Shown in pieces: positions 26,771-58,037 of a DNA stretch of 64,000 nt. The notes beneath the pieces were generated by a model that saw nothing but the letters and a program-made list of their open reading frames with translations, did not search any database and was not told the origin of the DNA. The number at the start of each line of letters is the position of its first letter. Position 1 is the first letter of the stretch. Location of the stretch: assembly GCA_030141605.1 (NCBI GenBank), contig JAQGDQ010000279.1, positions 1-64,000 on the forward strand, written 5' to 3'. This DNA is from Tubiluchus corallicola (Eukaryota; Animalia; Priapulida). Both the position numbers and the translations under genes were made by a program.

Positions 26771-27828
26771 CTCATATAATTAAAATGCTCACAAAGCTTA
26801 AAGGAAGACAAGGTGATTTTTTATATACTGTCACTTTTTCAAGTATGGTAAATGAATGTTTAACACAAATAATACTGGATAAATAAATAATATATTAAAA
26901 TATTAATTAATGGCAGGGGAGCCCAACTATTGATGACGTCACAAACCAACATAATTTTTTAACAGCAAGAATATTACGTGAGCATGTTGCACGTGTTTGT
27001 GAAAGAGAAAATTGAAGTATGGTATAGTGCTACAGACATTAGGTTGCCACAATGGCAACAGGAAGTCTGGTGCCACACTTCTTGATTGCAGTGTGGCCTC
27101 CCATTTTCTTTATTTTTAATAAAGTAAATAAGGAAAGGTGGAGAGGTACATAAGCTGTTATGCTTAATTAACCTCTATCCTTCGACAGTGGTGGTAACGG
27201 TAAGAGATTGAGCGTGTTGTAATAAAACTCGGCAAGTTTTCAGATAAAAATTCAAATTTCACAGTTACATCTTGTTGTTGTGCACGAACTGCTGAACGTG
27301 TATAGTACGTCAGAAATGAATACATCTAAACTAAAAGGTACAACCCCTGTTTTTTGTGCAAAGCTTTTCGAAATGCAGACGTTAGTGCCCATCTAACTCT
27401 TCTTAATAATTCTTTCACGTAAGGTATTCTGGAAAAAATACTATGTCTCCTTTCAATATTTTAAAGAGTAGATTATTTTGACTTACAGTTTAAGACTGGG
27501 TCCAGTTTGGCTTTAAAGTTTAAACACAATGAACAAGATCAAATTTATATGTATGACTATCTTTTACGCAGCAGCACATTGACTTTCACGTCAATATAGC
27601 TTTTTCAAAGCAGGAAGTGTCTTTTTTGCCTTTGTGTCTGCAGAAGGTAGCCGCAGTGTTGGGATGACTGCTTAGCGCCTGTTCTAAAATAATTATTAGT
27701 AAAATTGTAACTGGTTAAAAGTCACCTTTTTGTTTAGCAATTTTATTTGTATATGCACGTTTATTTGTAAATTTTTAGACACTGTTGCGAGATCATTAAT
27801 AGTCATTTGTTGCGGGATTCACATCTTC

Positions 27829-30800
27829 ATGGTAGGTTAATCTAGAATGTTAATCCTGATTATGGGGTCGATCTTTGCCCTTTGTTCAGTGTTGTAATTT
27901 GTATTAATTTTTAAATTAAGGTTACCGTTACGGCCGTCTATCCTTAACAAATACTAGATTTTATTTTCATTGTTAAATTAATCATTGGCTGATCAACTTA
28001 GTCACCTGGATTACAGCTTCCTCTGTAAGTGGAACGATATATTTAACTACGGTATCGTTGATTGGCGCAAATCTTGGCACTGTATTAGAATCAAAGTCCC
28101 GGTCGATTTTCGCCAAGCGATAACCTAATCGATATGATTGTTTGGCACAATATGACGATTTGTGCTGCTCTCACGATTGCTTTTGGACCGTCAGCGGGCA
28201 GCCTGCGTTTCTGTAGTATGTTTGTGACTTTGTGTATAAAATACTGTGGGAATACATATTATTATTTATTTAATAATTGAGATAATGCTGAAACAGTAAA
28301 AATGCTGAGCATGACTTTATTCAGTTGAAACGTTTCACCGAATAAATAAATTATTTGCTTAAATGACGTTTTTCAGGGGTTTTTATATTATTATGTTATA
28401 GTAAATCAGAACTTTCATTTGGAAATATTTGTTAGCCCTATTAGGACCTAGCCCTGAAAAGGGCTGATTTGGCAAAAGCGCAAGTTGTATCCGTTTATTC
28501 TCCTGGATACCACTCTGCCATATGAAGTAAAATACACTCCATTGCTTCTCGTTTGTGGCGTTGGCGCCACATAACTCGTCGAGATGCTTTGGGAGTACGG
28601 TGGATGCACATCTATGCATTGCCTTCAATTTTGCTTTGCAATTTTTCCTCATGCACTGGACATTGTTTATGTGGGTGCCAGTCCTTGGGTCAACAAAGCT
28701 GCTCTTATGTTTGACTGTCCTGTGCGTATAATTCTGCGGTAGTTGCGAAATTCCAGGTACACCAGGGATGCCATGTGTTGCTGGATCAGTATAGACATAG
28801 ACATTTTTATTTATCTCCTCATTTACACCATTATATACAAATTCACTATTATTTTTATAGTTATTGATTAAAAAGGATAAATTAAACATAAAGGAAAGAG
28901 TTAGGGGGTGTAGGAGAAAGGGTAGCGAATGTAGAAGCAATGTACAGCCAGATCTGCCCTCTACTTCCACAAGGAAGCCTAGATTTGTATTGCAGTCAAA
29001 TCCGCCAAAAAACCACTGTTCATCTTTGACGCGGTTGCGGTTATATTTTCTTTTAGAAATGACTGACTCATCTATTTGGACAATCACGCCTTGTCCTCTG
29101 ACCTGCTGCTGGTTGTTTAGAAGCCAGGTGTAGCAAACATCCCTCAAATATTGGTAACATTGCACCACTATTGCAGGCGTAACCCCTTTTATGCTTGCAG
29201 TAGTATGGATGGCAGTCTGGTGGCTCCATAAGTAAATGTCGAACAGCAAATTGCCCAGAGACAAATTGCTGCATGAAAAATAGCTGTTGTCCCATATGGA
29301 GACTTTCTTTCCTTTGTGACTTGAGCAGCATATATGAACAGCATTATGGACCCCCTAGCAAGGCAGTGCACTGGGGCTTCTACCTACACAACCACTCGTA
29401 GTAATAAAAATGTAAATGGTCGTAAAATGAAGAATATTTTATTGTATTGGTACTTCCAACAAAATCAGTGTTTAAACATTAAGAAACATGTTGTACAGCA
29501 AAGATTAATCAATACAAACATTTGAGCAAGATAACAAAGACAAATGCTTCCACAAGATGACACAAACGTTGAAAAATACAAAAATGTTTGTTAAGTTAAG
29601 TAGCGCTAAGCATTAAGATCTGTATAATATATATATATATATACTTTTCTGATCTGCTGGCGGTATTACCACAGATAAGTTTGCATTTCTTTGATCTTGG
29701 AAGAAATTGATTTAGATGTAAATTTTCTGTTTCAGGCTCGTTTTCATAGTCCAAAGGAGATTGAAGGTAAGATTGTCTTTTGTAGCATTGTCAAGGCATT
29801 TATGTTTTTTACAGTTGGCCAAACTATTGTAAACATCAGTGGAAAGTAGGCTAAACAGTCCTCATAATTTGTCACGTATGCATATGTTTATCTTGTAATT
29901 TAGAAAAAGTCTAAATTTTAAAGTGAACCCCTTTCTCGATCCACCCCAATATTTTGCATTATTTTTTCGACCTGCCACGGCTGGGCCAGAGAATATGGGA
30001 AGGTCACTGAACATATTGACCTTTAACGGTATTGTAGGTCATCATTGTGTCTCTGTCTAGAAGTGGGCAGAACATTTTACGTTCCATGGTTTAAAGTTTC
30101 CATTTTGTTTTAAAATTGCAACTGTGTCAGCAGCGATCCACTCCCTAGAAGCAAGATGAAAAAATACTAACTAGCACAATAATGTCACCAATTGTTTGCT
30201 CAAAATTCTTTCCCACAGAGAGAGCCATAGGGTACTATTCTTAATGGCACGATCTTTCAAAACCTTGACAATTTGATTATGTAAATGTTTTTTAGAAAGT
30301 CCCCAGTCATGAGACTTAAAATTTACAGTTGAATTACTGTTCCTACTACTAAGTCTAATTTTTAGCTGCTAAAAAAATTATTACCAATATTTTATGTGAA
30401 TTTTATTATACTGTTTACATGGTGAATGCAAAGTTTTTTTTTTCAGAGTATAGAGAATGTTTCTATCTAAACGCTCGCACAGGGGCACTGGTCAGCGATG
30501 ACCAACTCTGTCACGTAATGAGATCACTGGGACTCAGTCCAACTCGACACGAAACTGCCAAGTACTTTAAAGAAAAGGGTTGGTTTATCACTATCGTTAT
30601 TTTGTTGGTTTTTGTAGATTTCATAAATCTCCCAAAGAACTTTTAATACAAAGCCTCATTTACTTAGCATTATGCTTATTTGTTTGAAAAACTTATGTAG
30701 CTAGAAAAGAAAATTGTTAATCATTTAAAATTTTTGCACCACCTGGTAAACAGACACCTTAATCTACAGTGTACACCACTGATTCACCAAAAAGCACATT

Positions 30801-33135
30801 ATTGATTTTGTTAACGATATAAAGTAATTTTTAGTTTTGCTCAGTTTGCAAACAAAATGTACTATATACGCTCTGATTATTTTTTGAAACTTTAAGCAAT
30901 GTCATCTAAGCTTGTTTAAAATGATTTACCTTTAACATGGCTATGCCTAATGGTCATTGCGGGTGTTTAAATTTACAAGTGTTATGCAATATTACTGTTA
31001 ACGTAAGCCCTGCATGAAATAAGTCAGCATGTAAGTGGTATAAAATTGCAGGACAAATTTTTAACCTTTATTTATGAAGTGTTTTCTTGTGCTTTAAACT
31101 TATCTTTGCTATATGTTTTTCTTTAGCAAACCATATTTTGTTGTCACTCAAATTAGAAATTCATAATTTCTAGTTTACTTTTATATTGTATTAGTTTTTG
31201 AGATAGCTTAGTCTGCTCACCGTGCATAGACTTTAAATTTTGCCCTATGAGTGATACGCTTCTCTCAGTTATTTACAGGATTGTCTGTTACTGCACACCT
31301 TATTGTTCTTTCTGTTCTGTACAAGTGTTTCCAATTATTATATCTATTCTGCACAGCTCTTTACTCACAGTTGGTACTTTGATTGCTGCTTTATTGTTAA
31401 GTTTTATTATTTAATCACTTTCCTTTGATTACTAGCACGTATATTGTTGCCTTATGTATCTTTAGTACGTTTTAATTCGAGGAACTTGCTTTGTTCACCT
31501 TTAGAACAGACTGCAATACACAGCACGCACATTTGTTTGAAAGGTAACAAAGTATCTTTAAGAAAAGTGTGCACATGCCCTGCTAAAAAACTAAAAGAAT
31601 AAAATAATATTAATTATACACTGTTTACACATGATTTTTCCTAACTTTTGACCAGAAATTATTGTACTTATTGTATAATTGTACGTAGTAAATGTGAAGA
31701 AAGCGAATTTGTTGATTGTTAAGAGATGAATAAACACTGTTTTCTGTCTTTGTTTAAGTACAGTAGTCTTAATTTTACACGCTGCCTGTATTCGTGCAGA
31801 ATTTTCTCAATTCTATTATTTTTCTGTTGTTTTAGCTGTAAACAACAGAGTTGATTTTGCAGCCTTCCTGGACATCATGCATCAACACAAAGACAAAGAA
31901 GATATAATAGGTATAATAATCAAATTTGTATATTAGCTTAAATCTAAATATGTGGTGCGGCGAATCCAAGACCTGGCTGTCCTCGCCTTTCCCCCTTAGG
32001 CCCTTTTTAAACGTAAAACTGCTTATCTTGTAATATACTGAAGATTCAATGTGATTATGAATTTGGAGAAGCTTTTTTACATTCCTTACAAAGTTCGTAT
32101 CATGTATACACACATGCATGCATGCATACATATATACCTACATGCATATTAACTATATTTTTTGCTTAATTTAGACGTGTATTTTTACTGGTGTTTTATC
32201 AAAACTCACTAGCCAGAAAATTATACAAAATAGGAATTATTAATAATAAAAAGTGTTCGTTTAAATGGCACAAAACACTAATTTCGTACACATGCACTTA
32301 CAGGTGAAGTTATTGCAGCATTTAAGATGTGGGATAGACAAGGTCGTGGCTACATCTCTCAAAGAGATTTACGGCATATATTATCAGGATTTGGAGACAG
32401 GCTCACTCAGCGTGAAGGTTAGTTGTACATTGTTATTACAACATGGGATCTTATTTTGGTGTTGATCAGTGTTATGATCAAATTTTCAAGTATCGGCCGG
32501 CCACTTTTGTCAGTGTTGGTTTCCACACATTATTTTTTAGAAAGATTTTACTGACATCAGTCTTAACTATGGTCTCAGTGGTCACTCAGGTTTTAACTTC
32601 ATTTATTGAATTTTTGGAACTAAACTAGAACGAAAGAAAGGAAGCATGAAATAGTCTCGTCTCAGCCTGGATTTGAACCTGAATCTTTGGATGCCACTCC
32701 ATTGTCTTGACTAAATAGTTTGTTAGTCGTGACACAATGCAAGTCCATTGTCTTGACTACACAGTTTGTTAGTCATGATTTGATGCGGAATCCATTGTCT
32801 TGATTGTACCATTTGGTAGTCATGGCATCGGACTTGCACAAATCAGAGTTCGATTAAGACTTTCACTTTTCCTTTCTTTTTGAGCTGTTTGATTTTATAG
32901 GCGTTCTTTCTCAAGTTTATTTACTGCTAAGACAACTTTCGCATTACTTTCAAGGTTTGACAGACAAATCTTGATGGAAAATACACCTGAGTTTTGTCTG
33001 TAAAATGCCTCAGTTTGTTAATTATGTTTTTCAGTGACCAGTATAATGAACGAAGCCAACATTCAGAAGAACGGTCAGGTACGTTACGCAGAATTCCTAC
33101 GGCTTCTGATGTCACCTCCCCCAGATTATTTCTAA
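27829..33135 (+). CDS. CALML4: Calmodulin-like protein 4 (151 aa)
   Basis: Exons: 27829-27831 (ATG then intron, as in calmodulin-family genes), 29736-29766, 30447-30578, 31836-31910, 32304-32417, 33035-33135 (456 nt). Protein MARFHSPKEIEEYRECF...MRSLGLSPT...VDFAAFLDIMH...GDRLTQREV...NGQVRYAEF...PPPDYF, with degenerate EF-hands and a CALML4-type PxDY end. Confidence 0.9.
28440..29400 (-). mobile_element. Degenerate Merlin (IS1016/ISXO2-like) DNA transposon in CALML4 intron 1
   Basis: VQIDES..KRKYNR.R...QWFFGG and H.TV.H..FVDP.TG.H.N are Merlin/ISXO2 transposase motifs. The copy is frameshifted and lacks the SDxW segment. I could not resolve TIRs. Confidence 0.88.
28791..28931 (-). mobile_element. 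Short retroposon 3' end nested inside the Merlin transposase
   Basis: It interrupts TLL|LIQQH and ends in AATAAAAATGTCTATGTCTAT, the same tail as the LINE at 36946. Confidence 0.65.
30615..31097 (+). mobile_element. R1 TTAA-flanked element copy in a CALML4 intron
   Basis: Colinear similarity with the other R1 copies; ends GTTTTCTTGTGCTTTAA. Confidence 0.75.
32633..32880. repeat. Palindromic tRNA-like element with an internal ~46-bp unit triplicated
   Basis: Inverted termini AAAGAAAGGAAG..TGAAA..GTCT and AGACTTTCACTTTTCCTTTCTTT. B boxes occur on both strands (GGTTCAAATCC on -, GAGTTCGATT on +). TCCATTGTCTTGA recurs at 32698, 32744 and 32791. Confidence 0.7.
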
Positions 33136-35219
33136 TCTTTCGTCTCATCATATGATATTTCTATGGGACCAAGAATGTACTTCCACTATATGAAATTATG
33201 AATGCACTGAAAATGTATTTATGTGTATATATATTTTTATGTTGAGGGTTGTGTAATGTTAACTGGCAGTTCAGTTTGCCTGCAAATTTTCAGCTTTTTT
33301 TGGTATAGTAAGTAATTGTTTAAAAAGGATAAGATGTTGCAGAAGAATAAATCTAATGTTGTTAGATAAAGCCATGCTTTCCGTGGCAAACAATGTGAAT
33401 GTATTATGATGGATTTGAGGCACAAAAACCAGTAATATTAACAGTTTGACTCATATAAATGAAACTTATACTTATACCTATACATGTTTTTTTACTTATA
33501 GTTATGCATTATTTTGATTAAGTGCAAACAAAAATGTAACTACTTCTGGAAATGCTAAGGCAGCGACTAAATAATTTGCATGAGTAATTTTGTAGCTACA
33601 TCTTGTAGTACAGGTAAACATTTTGTTAAATGTCAAATTTCAATTAAAATAAGTTTCATTATCTCTTTTTCAAGATTGTGGATTTTCTCTCCTGTTACAT
33701 GTGTAAGCATCTAATTAGGTTAACTAGTAATCTAAGGCCAGCCTTACAGTTCACAGGTACTGTCAGATAGGAATTTTATTCCTCCAGCAATAGGTTGCTA
33801 CGGTAACTGGTGCATGCACCCTATAGATTGCATTCCTCTAACTTGTCTAGCTGTGCTTTGTAGTTAGAATGTGAAGCATACCTCCTAATAGGTCGACAAA
33901 TTGACATCTGAAACTAAAACGTGAATATGCTGGATTTACGTTACTAGCGGCTTTTATTAAGTGGAAAAATAGAAACCTCAGAGTACACTATATGTGCCTG
34001 CATTTTGTTTTTCCATGGAAGCCGTAATATTTGGAGAATAACAGTTGGTGCTAGAATTGAGCACAATATTCTTGCTTTATTTGTAGCACTGCATGTTTGG
34101 TTCTTAAACTTTGGGAATCCCTTGAATTTGTAAATCCAATAGCATCGCTACATCATTTACATCTTTGCTGGTAGAACTCTTGCTGTCCTTTGATTTATCA
34201 AAGCCAAAGCCAAAAGTTAAAGCTTGATTAGTATGTTATTTGTTGTGTTGTTATATGCTACCAGATGTTTCTCATTGGGTAGAATGTTTACTTTTGTACC
34301 AGATTTTTATTAAATTGTTTAGATTATTTCATCCTTACATGACGTAAGATTAAAGCATTTTTAAAAATGGTTGTGATATTATTACATTGATTTCAGATTT
34401 TGTAAACCTGTGTTGTTTCTGCCTTGCCATCTCCATTTGTTTTGGATCTGTATCAGAGATTTGCTTCTTTAGATAAGAGTGTTTTTCTTAAATAATGATG
34501 TATTATATATCGGGTTCGATTTGATATCAAATAACAAATTGGTGTCAGATAACAAATCGGGTATCATTTTGGCAGCTATTGCAGTATTTTAATTTATGTA
34601 ACTGAGTAATAATTATAAAAGTTATCTTACAAGTAATTATACTTTTAATTTTACATTTTTAAAAACCTGTCTTTAGTCTGTAAATATATTTAAATTTGCT
34701 AATCATATTTTGTTTTTAATAAAGACAATTTTAGTTCCTATGGTTGGAACACTTCTGGGAAGAATCTGTTGCTTTAATATTATAAACCAATTTTGCCTGT
34801 CCGGACTAGAATGCTTTTTCACTTCAATTCGGCATATTTTATCTGTAGGCTGCTGTAACAAACGTGAATTCAGCTTGTCCCTGTCAACTGTCTGTACATT
34901 CACCATAGTCAGTATCGCTTAACTATGTTTTTGTAGCTTGGTAAGCTCAGCACTGATAATTAGTTTATCTTATTTTGTGATAAACTTTATGGGTGGGCTT
35001 ACAATGAATGTGAGGCAGTGGATTATAATTACATGTATAATTGTAATTCTTTCACTAAGTTGCATATTTGTGTACGGGGTGTCAGGAAAATATAGCACAT
35101 TGTACTTAAAAATTATCACAATTAGATATAAACATATTTTTTAATATTTTTCTGTATTTCTTATGTAATATGTTTTTACAAGTCTAAGTTGTAGTATACA
35201 TGTTAGCAAAACTAACCCG

Positions 35220-35272
35220 AATAGCAGAAGGCCTGGGTTCGAGTCGAAGTTGAGACTGCAAAACTTTTTCAG
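35220..35272 (+). repeat. tRNA-like fragment (B box plus T5)
   Basis: AGCAGAAGGCCTGGGTTCGAGTC...CTTTTTC resembles the arms at 43969-44197. Confidence 0.5.
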
Positions 35273-36288
35273 ACTCTATCTTAGTATTGCTTTCATGCAT
35301 TTATATGATTAAACTATGTCTTGACACAGTGTGAACGGTGATTAACTGTTCATTTACCTCTAGTACCTTAAAGATTAATTTCTAATTGGCTTTCTAATTT
35401 TGTATTGCTTTCCTATGCTTATATAATTTTGATTTCTAACTGCCAGTAATTAAAATCAACAAAGCATTAATTTTGAAGAAAGGAGTCATGACACCATTCC
35501 TATTGAGAAATCTACAGAAATCATAACTCTAACAATTTATGGCCTTCAGAGCTGCAAATAACAGAAGTAGTAGATATTGAGATAAGTGTTCTTTACTCTA
35601 AATTAAATGCTCTTTCTGATGACATTATCACTTTTTATTTGTTCCTTCGGATTCTTCTGTACAGAGGGGCAATCATTTCCTGACATCCCTTGTATCATTA
35701 AAATTAATAAAGACCATAAATGAGAATGTAGAACATATTTTATTTAGTCGGGTGTCCTACAAATTATTATATATAATATGGTACCTTATTATGCAATATA
35801 AGTCATGGAGTTTACAGTTGTAATACTGAAAAGCTTTAAAATGTTTTTTTGTAATGAAATTTTATACATAATTATTTTAAAATAAACATGATAATTTGTA
35901 ACTCAGTGGTCAACTTTTTATGTTTTTTAAATGATTCTCGCTAATAGATGCTTAAAACCAGCGGCAGCAGCATTAATTATGTCAAAGAATGGTCTTTGAG
36001 GTGCTAATAATTTTTCTGTTCGCAATCTGTTTAAAAAATAAAAATGGTGTGTTTCATAAAAAAAGGTTTATACTTTGCTGACATTTAATTCAATCCTTAT
36101 AGTTCAACTCATTGCAGTGACGCTTAGACATACTGCTAATGACTTGTTATTGTTCCAAATTAATAATTATGCTAATAAAGTAGCTAATAATAATAATACA
36201 TTTTCAAAAACGTATAACTGAGCAGTTGTACTAAAAGCTCAGTTAACCGGCTGAGCCGGCTTGGATTTTTGAACTACGTTTTGTGGTC

Positions 36289-36308
36289 GCCGCCAATAGA
36301 TGGCAGGA
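36289..36308 (+). promoter_or_regulatory. CTCF-like motif overlapping a CCAAT box in the CpG-richer Rit promoter region
   Basis: GCCAATAGATGGCAG resembles the CTCF core CCAGYAGRKGGCRS and lies about 200 bp upstream of the Rit ATG. Motif match only. Confidence 0.35.
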
Positions 36309-36506
36309 AGGCAGATTGCTAGGTCAATGATCGATTAATTTCGTTTGGCAGCTGCGGAATCTAAACACTTTCGCTTTCACTTGACGCAGTAGCGTTTGTT
36401 TCAGAGATATATGAGAGAAATAGCAAAGCTCATTACTAAACTATGTGATTGTTATAACGAAATTGCACTATTTGTTTTGGCAAATGTCACAGCATAAAAC
36501 GCGGTT

Positions 36507-54280
<17,774 letters not shown>

Positions 54281-54540
54281 ATACTTGCATTATACGACTT
54301 TGATAGTCCCATTCGTGTATTTCAGTGACAGGGCGTTATTTATTATTTATATTTATACAATATGATATCTATATATATATGCATAGACATGTATGTATAT
54401 TTATGTATACGAAGCTACAGTTTCATGTGTAATATTTATGCACGCAGTGGTGTCCTGTCCTATTGTACTTGTTGTTGCATCAACATAAACATAAACGCTA
54501 ATGCAAAAAATATTAATTTTGTGGTAAAAGTAAGTACACA

Positions 54541-54997
54541 TTAAAGGGGAAAACAATTTTGAAGTATATCCTAAAAAACTTTCCACACAAAGTTATATTC
54601 CTTAGCATCATGTTTAGCTATTAGGAAAACTTAGTGTAAATAGAAAAGAAAATTCTTAGTAATTTAAAATGCCCCGTGCCAACTGGTAAAATGTCACTGA
54701 CTCACCTTCCAAGTGTACACTACCAACTTATTTGAGAAGATACAGTAATTTATACTTTTGCTTAGCGAAATGTGTGCAACAAATGCTCTGACAAACTTTA
54801 TGCAATGTCATCTAAACTGTTTCTCACGATCAAAATGGCTGAGCCTAACGATCATTGCCGAAGTTTAAAATTTTAAGTTTTATGCAGTGGTGTTGCTGAT
54901 ACAAACTCTGTGTCCAATAAGGCAGTACGTAAGTGATACAAAATTTCAAGACGAATTTCCTTGGCTATTTGTAAGTAAAGAGTTTTTTGTGTTTTAA
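54541..54997 (+). mobile_element. Near full-length R1 TTAA-flanked element just downstream of the Rit stop codon
   Basis: TTAAAGGGGAAAAC...GTTTTTTGTGTTTTAA, with TTAA at both ends. Confidence 0.8.
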
Positions 54998-57699
54998 GTG
55001 ATGCAAGTGGTGCAGAAATCCACCTCGTTATCAAACCTAATGTCTAAGATGAGCTCAGAAGTGGTGTTCAGATGTTTATACGCCCTCTTTCAACAAGGTT
55101 AGCAGTCAGAAATCAGTGTGGTGAACGAAACTGACTCGAAATGAAATTTGAGCCTGGTGGTCATCAATCTATTCACTGGCCATGCTCAGTGTTGTTCAAC
55201 TTCGATCTCTAAGCACATGCTGAGCCGCTTATCTATTCCTCTTGTAAGGACAATTTCGAGCATATGTTGACGTGTCCCAACTGAATACCGATGTAACTTT
55301 GTGCGCTGGTCATTAATACGTATCTTGTACGCACCGTCAGCCAATTATCTTGTCGCTAATTATTATTTATTGTGAGTTTTTGTGGGAAGTCACGTTCTGC
55401 ATGTCCTTCAAACTACACAAGTCATTTCCTGCCTGTGTTTACCATTCATTGATCGAAGTTGCTGCAGGGCTTCAAAAGCTGTCATATCTTGCTGTTTTCT
55501 TTTGTTGGTCTGTTTGTTTGCCTGTTGCCCGGGCAGTGAGACACTATTAGCAAAACCTAATCTCAGTTTCAGATGAAAGGCTACAATAAATGAACGATTT
55601 CTGGAGCATTCAGTTAGCAGCGAGCGTAATAGCGCTTTGTTTTGCTATAAGTCATTAAAGTTTCATTCATTGTGTTGTTGTTTCACAGAATTTTCCAAAA
55701 TTCACGATTTCAGGGCAACTCGATTTTTTGTAACTGAAATGCCATTCATCAGGATTACAGTGCATATTACCTTTGAAACTACTTTGTGTGGACATTTCTC
55801 AATTCAGTCAAATATTTGTCAGGGTTGATAATTGGCCTTTCAGTGCAAAAAGTGCTGCTCCCACCTTTGTGAATATTTCTGTGCAATAGTATAATGAATG
55901 AAGAACTTTTTGTGAATGATTGCTGCATGAACCTTCTCTGTAAAGTGAGTTCAAACTGCTCTTGCTTAATTGGTTTGTACAGCTTTGATTTGATTACATT
56001 TGTTAGTCAGTCCTTTGTGCACAGTGCATAATTTAGTTGAGCCAAACTCAGGAATATTGAAGAATTCCGAGCAAATATCAATTTAGTATTCCCAACACTA
56101 GCTTGTCCTTTATTCATGTTCTTGAAGCAGTTCTCTGACCTTGAATTAGGTTATCCTGGCTGAAGCCAGCTTGTCCCTGGAGTGACATTGTGTGCGAGCC
56201 GTTTAACGATTGACAATAATAAATGACACGGCTTCTAAGTAAATCTTGTTATTTGTGACTGTCCGTAGTTGGTGGTACAATAGTTAAGCGGCACTAGTCT
56301 CATTTTTAAATGAATGGATGACCATCAGAGAACATTGCTTCTATGTCGTTTCATTTACCATAATGTCTTGTTTCATTGTAAGAGAGTACAGACTCATCTA
56401 CTGGTTTATTCTTGAAAATTAGATAGATCCCAGTTCTGCCACAAACATTGGCTTTCCATTGAGTGCTGTCTTACAGCTTGCTATGCGCTGACCTATGTTT
56501 AAAACATTGGAGAATTGATCTATTATATTAAACATCCTTCAGGTTGGCGTTTCTTTGTGCATGTTTTCTAATTGCCTGTGTTGCCTATAATTGATCTTGT
56601 TTATCAATTAATTTTTTCGGGGGAAAAGCTTAATAGTGAAACAAAAATGTGGAATATAAATTTAGTTGTACTTGCTAAGTACGTGGTTTATAATATAATA
56701 ATATTATGCTGTTAATGCATGTGATGTTGCAAATTGATTTTGGTAATGTCATTTACTCAAGTTACACACAGATAATTGTTACTTGACACAATTGCTCTTT
56801 GAACAAGAGAAATTACTGCCCATCCTAATTTTATTTAGGAATGCACAGACAAAGCGATCTTAAAAGTAAAATGGTCTTTCGACACAGGGACTAATATTTC
56901 TGTTACTGCCATTGTGAAGTTATTTGAAAGATTTGTCGTTTTTCTTGTAAAATTCTGTAATTTTTAATGTACGTTTTGATAATTCTGCATAATTATACCA
57001 TTTTATTTTAAAATATTATGCATTACTTGATGTGCAATTGCGCCTCAATATGTTTGTGCTGAAAATTTTGGAAAGAAATTGTTTAGCCTGTTGGTGTTTG
57101 CGCGAACTATGGTTTATTCATAGTTTGAAATGCATTGATCTTCCAGCCAAATTCCCAATTGAGGAGGTTTGTTAACATATTCAGTTGTTGCAATTGACTG
57201 TTACTGTTGTTAAGATGTTAATGGTTGAATGGTTCCTAGTCATTATCAAGTGAATTGTATGTTCCTGTTAACTTTTTGCATATCAATTTTTGTGTAAAAT
57301 GTAAAATAATTATAACTGATTAAATTAGTAAAATGGCCGGTTTGAAACTGTGTCTTAATTAATGTTTAATTGTATTTAGTAATGCCAAAATCACTTGATG
57401 GATTGACGACATTGTTAATTTGTAGTGACTTTTGGAACCGAAGGAATTACTAAGAGTTGTGTGATTTACACTTGTATGCAGCATCACCCAGTGGATACAA
57501 ATTAATTCATAATGATCAAATTCAAATTAAGCAGACTGTATTTAGTTTTTCTATAGATGTATGTATTTAAAATACTATTCGATAAAACCCCATTGTAATC
57601 AAATGCTGCAGGGATTTGGACTTTCATGTGTACAGCTATATCTTAAAACTTGCATAACCGAGTACAACCGTAAGCAGATTCAAGTTGGAGCTTAACCGC

Positions 57700-58037
57700 T
57701 GTAAGCAAATTCGAATTGAATTTGTGACTTTCGAACTCTGATCAAACCGAATTTCAAGATTTTCAAAACAAATTCGAATTCATTTTTGAATCACTAACAA
57801 AAAACAGTCTTACAAAGGTCATGCATATTACTACGTTTTGTTATACATTAAAAACACAAATAATTTGTTTAAAAATTTTGCATAGAAATTGTAGCTGAAT
57901 TGTGCAGATAGCATGATGTTTCAAACGCTTTGGTGATAAAGAACGTATGTAGTTAAGTATTGAATTAATCGAACCAAACTGAAACTAAAAAAAGCTTGTT
58001 CGAATTTGTTTTGAACTCGAATGTTCGATGCTCTAGT
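57700..58037. mobile_element. R2 TTCGAA-rich MITE copy
   Basis: Colinear with 11960-12310 (AAAAAACAGTCT, TTGTTTAAA.ATT.TGCA.AGAAAT, TGATAAAGAA.GTATGTAGTT). Confidence 0.7.

Noticed and set aside
30419-30446. In-frame ATG just upstream of CALML4 exon 3 as the start codon
   Set aside because: It lies in the polypyrimidine tract region of a clear acceptor, and upstream exons supply the conserved N-terminus.
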